A DNA stretch of 64,000 bases from Chiloscyllium plagiosum (lineage: Eukaryota): contig NC_057750.1 of the NCBI RefSeq assembly GCF_004010195.1, positions 16,513,330 through 16,577,329 of the forward strand. Direction: 5' to 3'. Shown here piece by piece: positions 1-12,904 of this stretch. A model generated the notes under the pieces. It saw only the letters and a program-made list of their open reading frames with translations, searched no databases and was not told the origin of the DNA. How positions within the stretch are numbered: the stretch's first letter is position 1; each line of letters opens with the position of its first letter. The position numbers were made by a program, and so were the translations under genes.

Positions 1-241
1 CCCCCAACCTATCACCTTCATCCCCTCCCCCACTCACCTATTGTACTCTATGCTACTTTCTCCCCACCCTCCTCCAACTTATCTTTCCACACTTCAGGCT
101 CTCTGCCTTTATTCCTGATGAAGGACTTTTGCCCGAAACGTCGATTTTACTGCTCTTCGGATGCTGCCTGAACTGCTGTGCTCTTCCAGCACTACTAATC
201 CAGATATCTGGTTTCCAGCATCTGCAGTCATTGTTTTTACC
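1..241 (+). mobile_element. Penelope-like element family A, 3' pseudo-LTR fragment
   Basis: Same terminal sequence (CCTGATGAAGG..GCCCGAAACGTCGA..GGATGCTGCCTG..CCAGCATCTGCAGTC) as follows the GIY-YIG region at 48244-49046. Confidence 0.85.
115..142 (+). ncRNA. Minimal type I hammerhead ribozyme motif (PLE family A)
   Basis: CTGATGA-AGGACTTTTGCCC-GAAA-C-GTC: conserved core, stem II (GGGC/GCCC in other copies), palindromic ACGT stem III, GUC cleavage triplet. Confidence 0.7.
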
Positions 242-242
242 T

Positions 243-1925
243 GATGGGGCAATAATTGACCAGGTTGGATTTGTTGTGTATAAGACAACTTTCCACATTG
301 TCAAAGAGATGCCAATGTTGTCGCTGCACTGGAGCATCTTGGCTAGGAATCAGTAAGTCCTTGAGCATAAGTCTTTAGTACTATTACTGGAATGTTGTCA
401 GGACCATAGCCTTTGCAGTATCCAGTGTCTTCAGCTATTTCTTGATATCATGTGGAACAAATCAAATTGGCTGAAGACTGACACCTAGAATTTTGGTGTC
501 CTCCAGATGGTACAGAGATAGATCATCCACTCGGCACTTCTGGTTGAAGTTTGTTGCAAATATTTCAGTCTTAACTTTGCACTGAGGGCTGGGCTCCCAT
601 CTTTGAGGATAACTATATTTGTGGAACCCTCTCTTCCAGTGAGCTGTTTAATTGTCTACGACCATTCACAACTGGACATGGCATGTCTGCAGAGCTTCAA
701 TCTGATCCATTTGTTAGAGAATTGCTTAATCCAGTCTATCACTTGCTGCTTATGCTGTTTGGCACATCAGCAGTCCTTTTTCGTAGTTTCATTAGATTGA
801 TAGTTTCATTTTTCACCATGTTTGGTGCTGCACCTGGCTTGATAATAATGATAGACTGGGAATGTGCTGGACTGTGAAATTGCAGATTGTGTTTGGGTAT
901 ATTTCTGCTGCTGTCAATGGCCCACAGCACTTCTTGAATACCTAGTCTTGAGTTGCTAGCTCTGTTCAAAACCTATCCTGTTTCGTACAGTTGTAATGCC
1001 ACACAACATGATGAATGATATCCTCAATGTGAAGGCGGGCTTCATCTCAGCAAGGACTTTGTGGTGGTCATTACTAACAATATTGACATGAACAAATGCA
1101 TCAGTGGCAGGCAGATAGGTGAGGATGACGTCAAGTAGAGTTTCCAGCGTTTTGGCTCCTTCACCATCTGTCATACGCCCAATGTAGCAGCTATGTATTT
1201 TGGAATTGGACGAGTTCAGTCAATTGTGATGCTGCTGAGCCACTCTTTGTTACAGACATTGAAGTCTCCTACCCAGAGCACATTCTGTACCTTTGCCACC
1301 CTCAGTGTTTCTTCCAAGTGATGTTCGGCATGGAAGATTTTGGCCGAGTGGGAGTAGTATGTGGTAATCAACAAGAGGTTTTGTTGCCCATGTTTGACAT
1401 GATGCCATGCTGATTTGTGGGGTCTAGGGTTAGTTATGAGAACTCCATGGCAATTCCCTCCTGACTGTGTACAACTGAACCGCCACCGGTGCTATGTGTG
1501 TCCTGCCAATGAGACAGGACATACCCATGGAAAGTATTGATGTTGTGTAGAGTTTGCACATTCACCCCATATCTGCGTGGGTTTCCTTTGGGTGCTCCGG
1601 TTTCCTCCCACAGTCCAAAGATGTGCAGTGAGGTGAATTGGCCATGATAAATTGTCCACTGTGTTCAGGGAAGTGTAGGTTTGGTGCACTAGTCAGAGGT
1701 AAATACAGGGTAGGGATACTGGGTGGGATACTCTTTGGAGGGTTGGTGTGGACTTGTTGGGCCGAAGGGCCTGTTTCTACACTGAATAAAAGTTTTGTTA
1801 TTTTTGTTTTTGTTATTGTATGGTAGGGGTGCTTGGTACGAACCAGCCTAGCCAGAGTTTCTTGATGCCATACACTCGGTCAAATGCTGCCTTGTTGTCA
1901 AGGGCAGTTGCTCTCATCTCAGGTC
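243..1925 (-). mobile_element. Decayed CR1-superfamily LINE (ORF2 remnants), interrupted by a SINE
   Basis: Translated remnants IIIKPG (ORF 739-969) and ALDNKAAFDRV (RT motif, ~1870-1910); many stops and frameshifts. Confidence 0.6.
1543..1785 (+). mobile_element. HE1-like V-SINE, 5'-truncated
   Basis: V-domain GAGTTTGCACATTC..GGGTGCTCCGGTTTCCTCCCACAGTCCAAAGATGTGCAG and CR1-like tail TTGGGCCGAAGGGCCTGTTTC. Confidence 0.85.
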
Positions 1926-2629
1926 CATGCTGGTTGCCATCTGAAATGGCCTCATAAGGGGGCAACTGGAGTTGGGCAATAAACATCAGCTCTCCAGCGA
2001 CTTCAACATTCCCAGGGTAAATGCAAAAAATTGTTGGCAATTTACTGTAACGTGGAACAAATCGAATAAGACCTTGGGAAGGATAAGCCATTTAGAGCTT
2101 GTGAACATGGATTTCTCCCAACTTCCTAAAACTGTGTCCTTTAAGAAACACCAGAGAGGGTGGGAAGAGGATATGGATATTGATTTTTGAAAAAAACTTT
2201 TATTAAGAGGCAAAAAAATGGAATAAACTAGATACATGATTGGTAGGTAGAAACAAAAGAATAGGTGTTGGGGAAAGTGATTTGGAATGAAAAATATCAC
2301 AACTGTGGTGCTGAAGCCATTCTTATCCTCTGATAGTGTGTTACATGTTACATGTTTTTTTCTTGATATATGACTTCAACTTCATACCAGTGTCATTGAC
2401 TGTTATCTGAAGGGGCTTAGAAAGCATGAGCACCTTCTTAGAGAGTAAATTGTGAAGGATAATGAAGCAGGAGAAGCAGGTGACCGAGGAAGATAGGAAC
2501 ATAGGAATGGGCCTTTCGGCCCTTTGATCCTGGTGCAGCATTCTGAGATGGGAGGAAAAGGAACATTTTAACTTGGAGTTCTCAAGTTTTAGGTGATGGA
2601 GGTTGAGGTTTATAAGCATGATACCATAA

Positions 2630-3360
2630 CTGCGAGGTTACTACTGCAGGACCTGGGCAACATCCAGGTTTGGGCTGACAAGTGACAAGTAACATTCACC
2701 CATAGATGTTACAGACAACAATCACCTCCAACAAGAGAAAATCTCGGCATCATTCCTTGACAGGATATTGGAGGGTATAGCATTATCATTGCCAAATTGT
2801 CAACTGTCAATATCTTGCAAGTTACTCTGACTAGAAAATTCATTGGTCTAGTCATATACAAGGCTAGGAATTCTGCAGTGAATAACTCATATCCTGACTC
2901 CCTAAAGAACACACAAGTCAGCAGAGCAATGAAAACCTCTCCATGTGCCTGTAGGAGTGCAGCTCCAACAACACTCAAGGACAAAGCAGCCCACTTAATT
3001 GGCACCACATCCACAAACATTCACTTCCTCCACCACTGACAATCAGTAGCAGTGGTATGTTCCACTTGCAAGATGTATTGTAGAAATTCAATAAGGCTCT
3101 TTAGACAGCATCGTCCATTGGAATATTGCCAGCTGCAAGTTTTCCTCCAAGCCACACATCATCCTGACTTGCAAATACATCATCGTTTCTCCAGTGTTTC
3201 TGCGTCATAATCCTGAAACTCCCTTCTTAATGGCATTGTGGAACTCCCTACACCAAATGGACTGCAGCAATTCAAGAAAGGAGCTCACATTCTCAAAGGA
3301 AGAGGGATGAGCAAATAATGTTGGTTTAGCTAGCAACACACACGTCCTATGTTCAAATAA
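2630..3360 (+). mobile_element. Decayed CR1-superfamily LINE 3' part
   Basis: CAGGACCTGGGCAACATCCAGGTTTGGGCTGACAAG (QDL..IQ.WADK RT C-terminal motif); similar to 20010-20565 and 36680-36940. Confidence 0.6.
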
Positions 3361-3581
3361 AAAATAGAGTTGTTGTAAAAAATTATCTGGTTTGCTAATG
3401 TCCTTTGGGGATGGAAATCTGCTGTCCTTGCCTGTATTTTTTCATTGCAGGAGTGCAATGAAAAACTCTCCATTTGCCTGTATGAGTGCAGCTCCAACAA
3501 CACTCAGGGACAAAGCAGCCCACTTAATTGGCACCACATCCACAAACATTCACTTCCTCCACCACTGACAATCAGTAGCAG
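2926..3581 (+). repeat. Local 127-bp direct duplication (2926-3052 and 3455-3581)
   Basis: Near-identical copies sharing the same internal deletion relative to the related copy near 20080-20210. Confidence 0.85.
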
Positions 3582-5954
3582 ACCCCAGACACACAGCAAG
3601 ATGGCTGGCATTTAACTGCCCTTTGAAATGGCCTTAGCAAACCACTTAGTTCAATATCAACCAGCAAAACAAATTCTGGTCTTGCCATCAACATCCACAT
3701 CCTCTGAAAGACTAAAGAGAAACAAAATGTGAAGAGAGCAGGATTAATATTAAGTTATCAATATTAATATTAACTCAAGGTAGACATGGTGGGTATGTGA
3801 TGCATCATGGACTGGTAGCACTAAAAACTCCGTGTGGTTTTGCTTCTAATTGTGAATAAAGAGGAGTTCAAGAATATAGAAGGTTTGAGGTTTGGCTTAA
3901 ACTATCATTATCCTTACACTATCAACTGCTATATGCTGCATCCCAGAACTTCACCCTGGGTGGACCAAATGATATTCCCATGCTGTTTGCAAACAAATGG
4001 CATTAGTATTTGATGACTAGTTAGTGCCTTGTGCCAGGGAATGTTTCTTGTTGTTGCAAGGTAAGGTTGCTCTGGAGATTGAGAAGAGTGACTTGAACAG
4101 AAATGGACTTGCCACTGGCTGCACATCTCATCCTCCTCTTTCCTTTCCAGTCTATGCTGCAAATGGCCTCCTGACCTCCACCAAACCCCACCCCTTCTCT
4201 CTATTATCACAGCCTGTCCAGGGTCTCATCCAATCATTGCTTTGAGAAGGTGGAACGTACAAATATCTTCTTTGTTTTGAACCAAGTGGAGATATTGGAG
4301 TTTGTTTGAATCAATCCAGAAGAAAGTCTAATGCTTCCATGATGGTTTACCTAAGGACTAATCCCAAAGGACAAACTGCTTGTTAACAATGACGAATTCC
4401 ATGAACGATCCCTATGTTCTCAGTTCACTTCTCACTGAATGGCCAATAAATGTCAGTGTTCTTTCTAATCTGCAGAAAAATTAATGAGAAGCAGTAACCC
4501 CACTCCTTCATATCTTTTTCCCGAAGTACTTACTTTCACGTTTTATGTTAGAGTTTGCAATATTCAACTTGCAGTATGTTTCATTCAATGTAATTGTAAT
4601 ACACTTAATATACTCAAGTCACCCATATCCTATCCCTACCTAAAGTGAAGCAAAGACATAGCAGTTTGTGGCCTATCCTACTGTGGTAAATGCTGATGCC
4701 ACCTCACCCCCTCAACAGCATGACTAATAATTCTCTTCCACCCCTATTCCTATGATCCAGGGCACGACCCCTTTGAAAGGCGCTGATCTTCGTGCAGCTC
4801 AGTGTTTATGCTGAACAAAGCTGTTCCTGTTATTTAAATGATGTGGTAAATGTCTCCTCTTATCAGATCAGTTCTCGGGACTAAATTGCTAAGTCCTCAG
4901 GGATACAATAGAAAGCACCAAGACTTTGGCAGGTGGTAGGAAATGCCCTGTAGAAGCATTGATAAAAACAGGCAAAAATAAATATTTTGCCAGGTCGTAA
5001 ATTAGTTGCACTGAATCTTCTTATTACAGTGCTTCAACATTTCCTTAAGTCTACACTAACAGAAGCTGATAGTATAGAATGACTAGTGTTGGTGTTATTA
5101 GTGACTGTGTATCATGGGATGCACTATAAACAATGGAATGAATGCCATTATAATTATATTGTCTCATGGGATGTAATATTTAACATAGAAAATACAATGA
5201 ACTCCAGTTTATACAATATATCATCAAAATACTACCACAGAATTTTCCTGTGTGCTATCGTATTAGTTTCAAACTATTTGATATACTATAGGATGTACCA
5301 TAATCCTTTTCAGTTCTCTACCCAAAGGTATGTTCTTGGTTAGTTTTTGCTGAACCGCAGAAAAGTGCTGGGTGGCCAGGCACCAAATCTACATAATGCA
5401 GAACGGGCAAAGGGTGCTTTTGTCACTAATCTGATCCACGTACGAGTCAGCAGAGGTAACCAGATCTCAAGATACACACACACATACATATATATATATC
5501 TCCTGTAAAATGCAATGTAGTGTGGGGTATACTAGCTACATTCAAACCTTTCCAAAATGTTTTGTGGAATAAGCTATATTCTTGCTTCTGTATTTAGCAG
5601 GGAAGGAGGATATCTATTCTGGAAAAAGTAAGACTTTGTAACCTAATTCAGGGAGTTCCTTTGCTGGGAATACCAAAAGGAAGGTTAAAAATTTACGATT
5701 CTCATTTGAGATTACAGTTTTGAAACCACTGCCGAGAATTGATGATATTTATGATATAATACTTGGTTCCAATTTCATTTTCAGTTTGTTTGATGACTTA
5801 CATTGATAGTGTTGAATATTTGTGGTTAATCCTAAAGTAAAGAGATTTTGTTTTGATTGTCAGGTTCGTACTGACAGGAGTATTACTCAATTGTAACACT
5901 CTTGGCTCTGTGTTACAAGGTTCTTGCAGCTCATAATCTGTATAATCAATTCCA

Positions 5955-6190
5955 AAGCAGAACTGAGGGAATGCTGCATTGTCAGAGAGATGCCGAGTCT
6001 CAGATGAGACATTTCATCTAGGACCTGTCTCGTCATCTCCAATCTTTGTGAAAGACCCCGTGGTTTTATTTTGAAGGAACAATCGTCCCTAGTATTAAAT
6101 ATTCATTCCTCAACCAGTATCTAAAAAATAATCTGATCTGGTCCTAATTACACTGATGTTTGTGGGAACTTGTAGAGTGCATAATGTCTC
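5955..6190 (+). mobile_element. Deu-domain SINE (SacSINE1/AmnSINE1-like)
   Basis: CTGAGGGAATGCTGCATTGTCAGAG..GATGAGAC..AAAGACCCCGTGG..TTTGAAG matches the recalled Deu core. Confidence 0.65.
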
Positions 6191-6869
6191 CTAGATTGAC
6201 CCTGACTGTCTCTTTGAGCACCATGACGTAAGAGGACATTGGTGAATGTGAACTTTGATTTAATTGCTTTACATTTATGAGCAAAGTACTGCAGTGGTTT
6301 ATGATTGCCTTTCGCAGGGTGTCTGACCAGGAAACTCTTCCACTCTCAGCACCTGATATTTACAGGCTGATAATCAACCTGTGAGGGACACTTGAATATC
6401 CTAAAGTCCTGCAAGGTACTTTTGAATTTGAAAGCTTGCTGTTTGGCCACATTTAGATTGCAGAACCTGGGCAATTGGGAAGTCCAGTGGATGGGGTAGT
6501 TCTGCTGTGCAGAAGATATAAGTGGCTGCAGCAGGGTGAGGGTCTGTTGGACGTTGGAAGTGTTCTTTCAAGAACCTTGGGACTTAGTTATTGCACTTCA
6601 TTCCTTACAACCTGTGAGCAGCTTCACTCGAGATCCATTAGAAAGTATATGAGGAGACGTTTCTGTATAGTTTTATCACATGGTACTTGCAGATCACAAT
6701 TGATATACTGATGCATACAGACACAAGCAATAATAATGTGATTGAGGTGGAGTGGTCAGGATAATGTTAACACTGACTAAAGTAGTCAGTGTTTATCAAA
6801 GGCACAGTTATTTTCCTCCATGAGTTTAGGTATGGTAGAATTTGTTTCTCATGCTTTCATGGGGCCGTG

Positions 6870-7410
6870 GGTCTTGCCTGGCAAGACTATCAATTATTGT
6901 CCAAACCTAATTTCCCTTGATCTGAATGGCATGCTAGGCCATTTGAGCGGACAGTTAAAAATCAGCTACCTTGCTGTTTAACTGGAGTCGCATGTCAGCC
7001 AGACCTAAGGATGGCAGAATTCCTTCTTGAAAGGACACTAATGAACCAGATAGATTTTTAGGGCAATATATATTCATTTTAAAATCACCATGACTGAGAC
7101 TAGGTTTCTGTTCCAGATGTTTACGTTAAGTGAGTTTAAGCACTTCCAGCTACTATAGTCCAAAGATGTGCAGGTCAGGTGAATTGGCCATGCTAAATTG
7201 CTCATAGTGTTAGGTGCATTAGTCAGAGGGAAATGGGACTGGGTGGGTTACTTTTCAGAGGGTCGCTGTGGACTTGTTGGGCCGAAGGTCCTGTTTCCAC
7301 ACTGTAGGGAATCTAATCTAATCTAATCTAATCTAATCTAATCTAATCTAATGATGGGATTTGAACCCATGCTCCTAGAGCATTATCTATGGCCTCTGGC
7401 TCTTTAAATC
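6870..7410 (-). mobile_element. tRNA-derived SINE family B, interrupted by an HE1 fragment
   Basis: Reverse complement of the CTGGTTCACTAATG..AGGGAAGGAAATCTGCC..TGACTCCAGACCCACAGCA element seen at 12355 and 18772. Confidence 0.6.
7157..7352 (+). mobile_element. HE1-like SINE 3' half with (TAATC)n tail
   Basis: AGTCCAAAGATGTGCAGG..CCTGTTTCCACACTGTAGGGA followed by an AATCT tandem tail. Confidence 0.85.
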
Positions 7411-7519
7411 ACATCAACATTCCTCTCTGTATCAACACTGTTAGAGACATGGAGCAATAATGCATACACATGACTTAAAATATGTGCCATTTTGAGAATT
7501 TGAATTCAACTTAAATCTG

Positions 7520-8400
7520 GAAGTAAGCTGAGTCGGAGTAGCAACAGGACGGGAGCTGAATGGGTGAATAATGGCAGCTGAGCTTCCACATAAAAGCCTG
7601 AGGAGCGAAGCCAAGATCAAGCTTAGTCAGAGCAGCAGTAGGAGAGGAGTGGAGCAAACCTTCATTGAATCCAGAGACAGTGTGGACTTGATGGGCTTCC
7701 ATATTGGAAGGATTCTACGATGCTATGAAAAAGTGATGGAGGTTAAGAGGATTGGTTGTTATGGAACCAGCTTTAATGATTTAGGGAGTACTACTGGGAG
7801 GAAGACAGAGCATAACAGCCTTATTTTTGTGGTTTGTATTGTTAGAAATAGAGAGAAAGAGAGAGAGAGAAAGAATTAGAAATCTGATTTGGTGATTAGT
7901 GGGGGAGGTTGAGTAATTTGTTCTTAGTTTATTTTTGTAATTGATAAGGATCACAATAACAGGAGGACGTGGCCCCATGGAATGTTCCTCCTGCAACATG
8001 TGGGAAATCAGAAACACTTCCAGTGTCCAGGTGATCAAGAATGCGGGAAGAGTGTTCAGCTGCAGCTTCTGATTCAATGGAATGGCTGGAGCGGTGGATG
8101 GAATTCACATCCATGATGCTGGGGACATTGTGGATAGTATATTTAGTGAGCTGGTCACACTACAGGTAATGACTACACAGGCAGAAAAGCATTAGATGAC
8201 CACCAGTAAGATTAGTAATCGTGGCAGGTAGTGCAAGAGTACTCTGTGGCCATCCTCTCTTAAACAGAAATACTGTATTACATACTGTTGATGGGGAATG
8301 GCCTCTCAGAGGTAAGTAGCAACAATCGGCTTTGTGGCACCGCAGTTAGCTCTGCTGAACAATAGGGGAGGAAAAAGACTGGGACAGTAGCAGTATATGT
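7520..8400 (+). mobile_element. CR1 LINE 5' UTR/ORF1 remnant
   Basis: TGTTCCTCCTGCAACATGTGGGAA (CSSCNMWE) followed by CAGCTGCAGCTTCTG (QLQLL), typical CR1 ORF1 zinc finger/leucine zipper start. Confidence 0.6.
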
Positions 8401-8477
8401 TGGATGAAAAAAGAAATGAGATCATGTAAAATGAATTGAGAGAGTTAGGTAGTAAATAAAAGAGGAGGACTATCTTC

Positions 8478-8673
8478 TCCCCCACCTGCATCTACCTATT
8501 GCATTCTCAGCTACCTTCTCCCCCAGTCCCACCCCACTCACTTCCCGTTTATCTCTTAGCCCCCTGGCCCACAAGCCTCATTCCTGATGAAGGGCTTATG
8601 CCTGAAACGTCGACTCTGCTGCTCCTCAGATGCTGCCTGACCTGCTGTGCTTTTCCACACCACACTCTCGACT
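8478..8673 (+). mobile_element. PLE family A pseudo-LTR with hammerhead core (8584-8611)
   Basis: CCTGATGAAGGGCTTATGCCTGAAACGTCGA..GATGCTGCCTGACCTGCTG. Confidence 0.85.
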
Positions 8674-10437
8674 GTGAATGATCGACCTGTGGAAAAGGCC
8701 TAGAAAGCTGCTGTGTTGTGTCAAAGCCTTGACAAAAAGGACATGGGCCCACAATCATCATCTCAGGGTAAATGAGGATTAGCAATAAATGTTGACCTTG
8801 CTGGTAACACATGTTTGCTGAGAATGCATTGGGAAAATGCTTAAAGATGGCAAAGGCTTGTTGGGCCCATGTATTCATCCAGGTTAACACTTCGCCCTGC
8901 AACTAGGAGCTGTCACTGGCTTCTTATCAAAACCTCATGTGTTGGGTAGTTAGGAGGGGAAACTCTGGATTTGAATGTGTTTAAAGTTGATAGGTTTATA
9001 TTAAGATATGAGGTGCCTTCAGCTGACTACCTGGAAATAAAAAGCTGTATATGTGGGAAATATAAGATAAAAACAGTAAATCGATTTTCAGAATTTCTTT
9101 TGCAATCTTGGACACACGTTTATAAATTGATTTACCTTTGCACCCAGTTTATGCTGTGAAGGACTTTGAAACTCCACTTAACCCTGTCTATTTTTAATCT
9201 CCCTTGAACCTAAACGAATTTTAATAACAGGAACCTCTTGAGAGTTTCTGGAATATTTTGGTAGCAAAGCAAATAATGTTTTTTTTAACCACTGCTTGTG
9301 TCATTCAGACCTCAGATAACACCCGATTGCAAGCCTGATGATGCCAAGCTTTTAATCTAAATATAGATGCAGCAGGTCATGCTATCAAGGGTCAGAGTAG
9401 TGCAAAACATTGTCCTTTCTCATCTGAGAGGTGGGCTGAAATCAATTTTTGGTGATCGCTTTTTCCACTCCTCCAGACCAGTTCTCATGAGAAAGAAACT
9501 GGGGGCTGGAAGAATAGGTAGTGCGAGTTCCTAGCTCTGATATTGCCCTTTATATTGGCATGATTTGAAGGTCTTGAGGTTTCCATGATATCAGCAGCAT
9601 TGTGCTGTGGCCTTGTGCCCATCATCAAGCTGCCTGACCCTGTGTCTTTTGAAATGGATGATTTCTACACTCCACTCCCCAAATTTCACTCTCCTCTTCC
9701 AATGTTGTTGTGTCTCTAGATTGAACATGGCCTCCAGGAATTGTAGTCACTCTCCAGGAGTGTTTTGCTGCAAATATACTTGTTAGTATGTGAGTTCAAC
9801 TAATGCAGGTGGGATTCCATGAGGATTCACAGCAGCTGAAACCTGCAGATTGTAAATTCCCTACCAGAGCAGACCAAAATCCTTATACATTTCCCCTTAC
9901 CCCACAATTCATGTCTCGTTCAGTGACAAGCTTGTCCTTGGTGTAAATTCACAAAAATGTGTTTCTAGTAAACATCACTGGAAAGTGATCAGATTTAATA
10001 GATGGAATCTTTCTTAGGAGATGAGGGTCACACCTAACATGGAGGATTGGCGAGAGACCTTTACTGCCTCTTCCAGGGAAGTCCCCTCAAAGCACACACC
10101 AATCAGGCATGGTGAGGCTACTGGTGGGACTTTCCCTCAAATAAATACCCTGGGGACAAAAGGCTGCCTCAGAGAGCTTCTGGCCATTCAGAAGCTTGTA
10201 GCTGTTGTCCTCCAACATCGGATGTGGCTGCTGCTAGAAGCCCAGGAATTGGAGTCTCAGGCTCTAACCATACTGAAGATAATTCCCATCCTGACTGTAG
10301 GCTGCAAACTCAGCACTGGGCAGGAATCTGAGGTGTTATATGGCTTACATTCTGTCTGTGTGAGCACAATAACTATAACATGAGGGTCTGGCCCATACCT
10401 ATTCAGCTTGCTGGGTCCTAAACAGAATATCTTAGAG

Positions 10438-11541
10438 TCTCCAAACACATTGTGACACCTTGTCCCAAACCCACTGTGACACTTTTTCCCGAACCCGCCG
10501 TGACACCCTTTCCCAAACCCATTGTGAATCTCTCTCCCGAACCCGCTGTGAAACTCTTTCCCAGACCCACCATGACACCTTCTCCCAAACCCATTGTGAA
10601 ACTCCCTCCTGAACCCACAGTAAAACTCTCTCCCAAACCCACAGTGAAACTCTCTTCCCAAACCCATTGTGAATCTCTCTCCCAAACCCACTGTGAAACT
10701 TGCTCCCAAACCCATTGTGAATCTCTCTCCCAAATCCACGGTGAATCTCTCTCCCAAACCCACAGTAAAACTCTCTCCCAAACCCACTGTGAAACTCGCT
10801 CCCAAACCCATTGTGAAACTCTCTCCCAAATCCACGGTGAAACTCTCTCCCAAACCCACGGTGAAACTCTCTCCCAAACCCACGGTGAAACTCTCTCCCA
10901 AACCCACGGTGAAACTCGCTCCCAAACCCACGGTGAAACTCGCTCCCAAACCCATTGTGAATCTCTCTCCCAAACCCACAGTAAAACTCTCTCCCAGACC
11001 CACGGTGAAACTGTCTCCCAAACCCATTGTGAATCTCTCTCCCAAACCCATTGTGAATCTCTCTCCCAAACCCATTGTGAAACTCTCTCCCAAACCCATT
11101 GTGAATCTCTCTCCCAAACCCATTGTGAATCTCTCTCCCAAACACACGGTGAAACTCTCTCCCAAACCCACTGTGAAACTCTCTGCCAAACCCATTGTGA
11201 ATCTCTCTCCCAAACCCATTGTGAATCTCTCTCCCAAACACACGGTGAAATAGTGTTAGGTAAGGGGTAAATGTAGGGGTATGGGTGGGTTACGCTTCGG
11301 CGGGTCGGTGTGGACTTGTTGGGCCGAAGGGCCTGTTTCCACACTGTAAGTAATCTAATCTAATCTAATCTAATCTAATCAAACCCACGGTGAAACTCTC
11401 TCCCAAACCCTTTGTGACACCTTTTCCCGAACCCATTGTGAATCTCTCTCCCGAGCCCACTGTGAAACTCTCTCCCAAACCCATTGTGAAACTCTCTCCC
11501 AAACCCACTGTAACATCCTCTCCCAAACCCACCGTGACACC
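10438..11541. repeat. 24-bp minisatellite, ~40 copies (consensus TCTCCCAAACCCAYTGTGAAWCTC)
   Basis: Head-to-tail units with no unique spacers; they produce the 8-aa periodic ORFs seen in several frames. Confidence 0.95.
11251..11380 (+). mobile_element. HE1-like SINE 3' fragment inserted in the minisatellite
   Basis: TAGTGTTAGG..TTGGGCCGAAGGGCCTGTTTCCACACTGTAAG plus (TAATC)6. Confidence 0.9.
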
Positions 11542-12354
11542 CAGTCACAAACCTGATGAGATGCAGAGAGCTTAACCCACTCTGCTAACTCACAGTTCCC
11601 AAGCTATGAAGCCGCTAGCTTAGAATACCAGCCAGTTGCCAAGTTCCTGGTAATTATCCCTGGTTCAAAAACTGGCAGATATTTGGGCCGTTTGGGATTG
11701 TTGGCAAGTCTGCCTGGAAGCTTTCTGTCGAGATGGAGGAGATCTGGTTGCTGTCAGGCAGTTGAATGTAAACCGCTGCTGAATTATACTTGTGCTTTTC
11801 TGGGCATATTGAAAGATAGCCTTTATCTGTTAGACAAACAGGGTTCAAAATTTCCTCACAATGGCAGGACCTTCCATCAGGTTGAGATTCCAGCAGTTGG
11901 AGACACTCATTGTCCCAAATCAGAACTGGAGCTCAGTTTCCCCAATGCTTACCCATCATGCCTCATTGCACAACATACACCAGGGCTAACCCCCTGACTG
12001 TCTGTGGGCACTGAATGGCCAGACTCACCCATGAATGCTGACAAGTTGATGAGCAGCCAGTGGAATTGCAGCATAGTGGAAGTTACTGCCTTGAGGGGAA
12101 GAAACTGAAAAAATAGTATAAAGGGGAAGTGGGAATGGAAGGACAGGGTTTGGTGGGAAAATGCATTTTCTAAAATAACAAACTGGAATAGTGAACTGTG
12201 GACCCTGTGTCTTGATTGAGTCCCATTGGGAATACCCCTTATCTCTGAGCATTACCCCCTTTTCTGAATTTCTAATACATTCTGCCTCCACACACTCTCA
12301 TGGCTCATCTTTCTGTACGTGCTGATGACTGTGAGATTTGCTGTATAATTGGAA

Positions 12355-12780
12355 ATTGTAGTTATATTACTAGACAAGCAACGTCAAGGCCAGGGCTAAT
12401 GATCTGGAGTTAAAAGTTCAAATTTACAAGAGCAGCAAGGGGACATTAATAAATTTGCAGTGTAGATTAGCCTTATCCATAATTACTACAAAACTTCAGA
12501 TTATTATTGTAAAACCTACCTGGTTTACTAATGCTCTTTAGGGAGGGAAATCTGCCATTCCAACCTGGTCTGGGATACAAATGACTCCAGACCCACAGCA
12601 GTGTGATTGACACTTAGCTGCCGTCTGAAATGAACAGCAAGCCATTCAGATGTATAAAACATAGTAGACAGTACAGTGGATTTACCTACACTAAATGGAT
12701 GGCAGTAATTCAAGAAGTCAGCTCACCACCACCAAGAGTAATAAATGTTAAACTTGTATCCAAAATTTGTATTCCAGTGA
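12355..12780 (+). mobile_element. tRNA-derived SINE family B
   Basis: GGGAAATCTGCC..CCTGGTCTGG..TGACTCCAGACCCACAGCA shared with 18772-19105, 28150-28410(-) and 46775-46955. Confidence 0.6.
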
Positions 12781-12904
12781 CAAAAAAGAATGATGACACA
12801 AAATGGCTGCTGTCCGTATATCTCATTACCTCATGTGGACCTCAATTCATCATTCTTCATTCCTATGAGTTGGTTGGTGCTTATATTTCCTCAGTTCCAT
12901 AAAA

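Noticed and set aside
5361..5455. Possible 95-nt exon (CCGCAG|..GAG|GTAACC)
   Set aside because: Weak acceptor, unrecognised peptide and not frame-preserving; insufficient support.
10257..11344. Long ORFs (194-328 aa) as genes
   Set aside because: By-product of a stop-free 24-bp unit; open in several frames on both strands and crossing a SINE insertion.
10438..11541. CRISPR array
   Set aside because: Units are contiguous with no unique spacers, there are no cas genes, and the context is eukaryotic.
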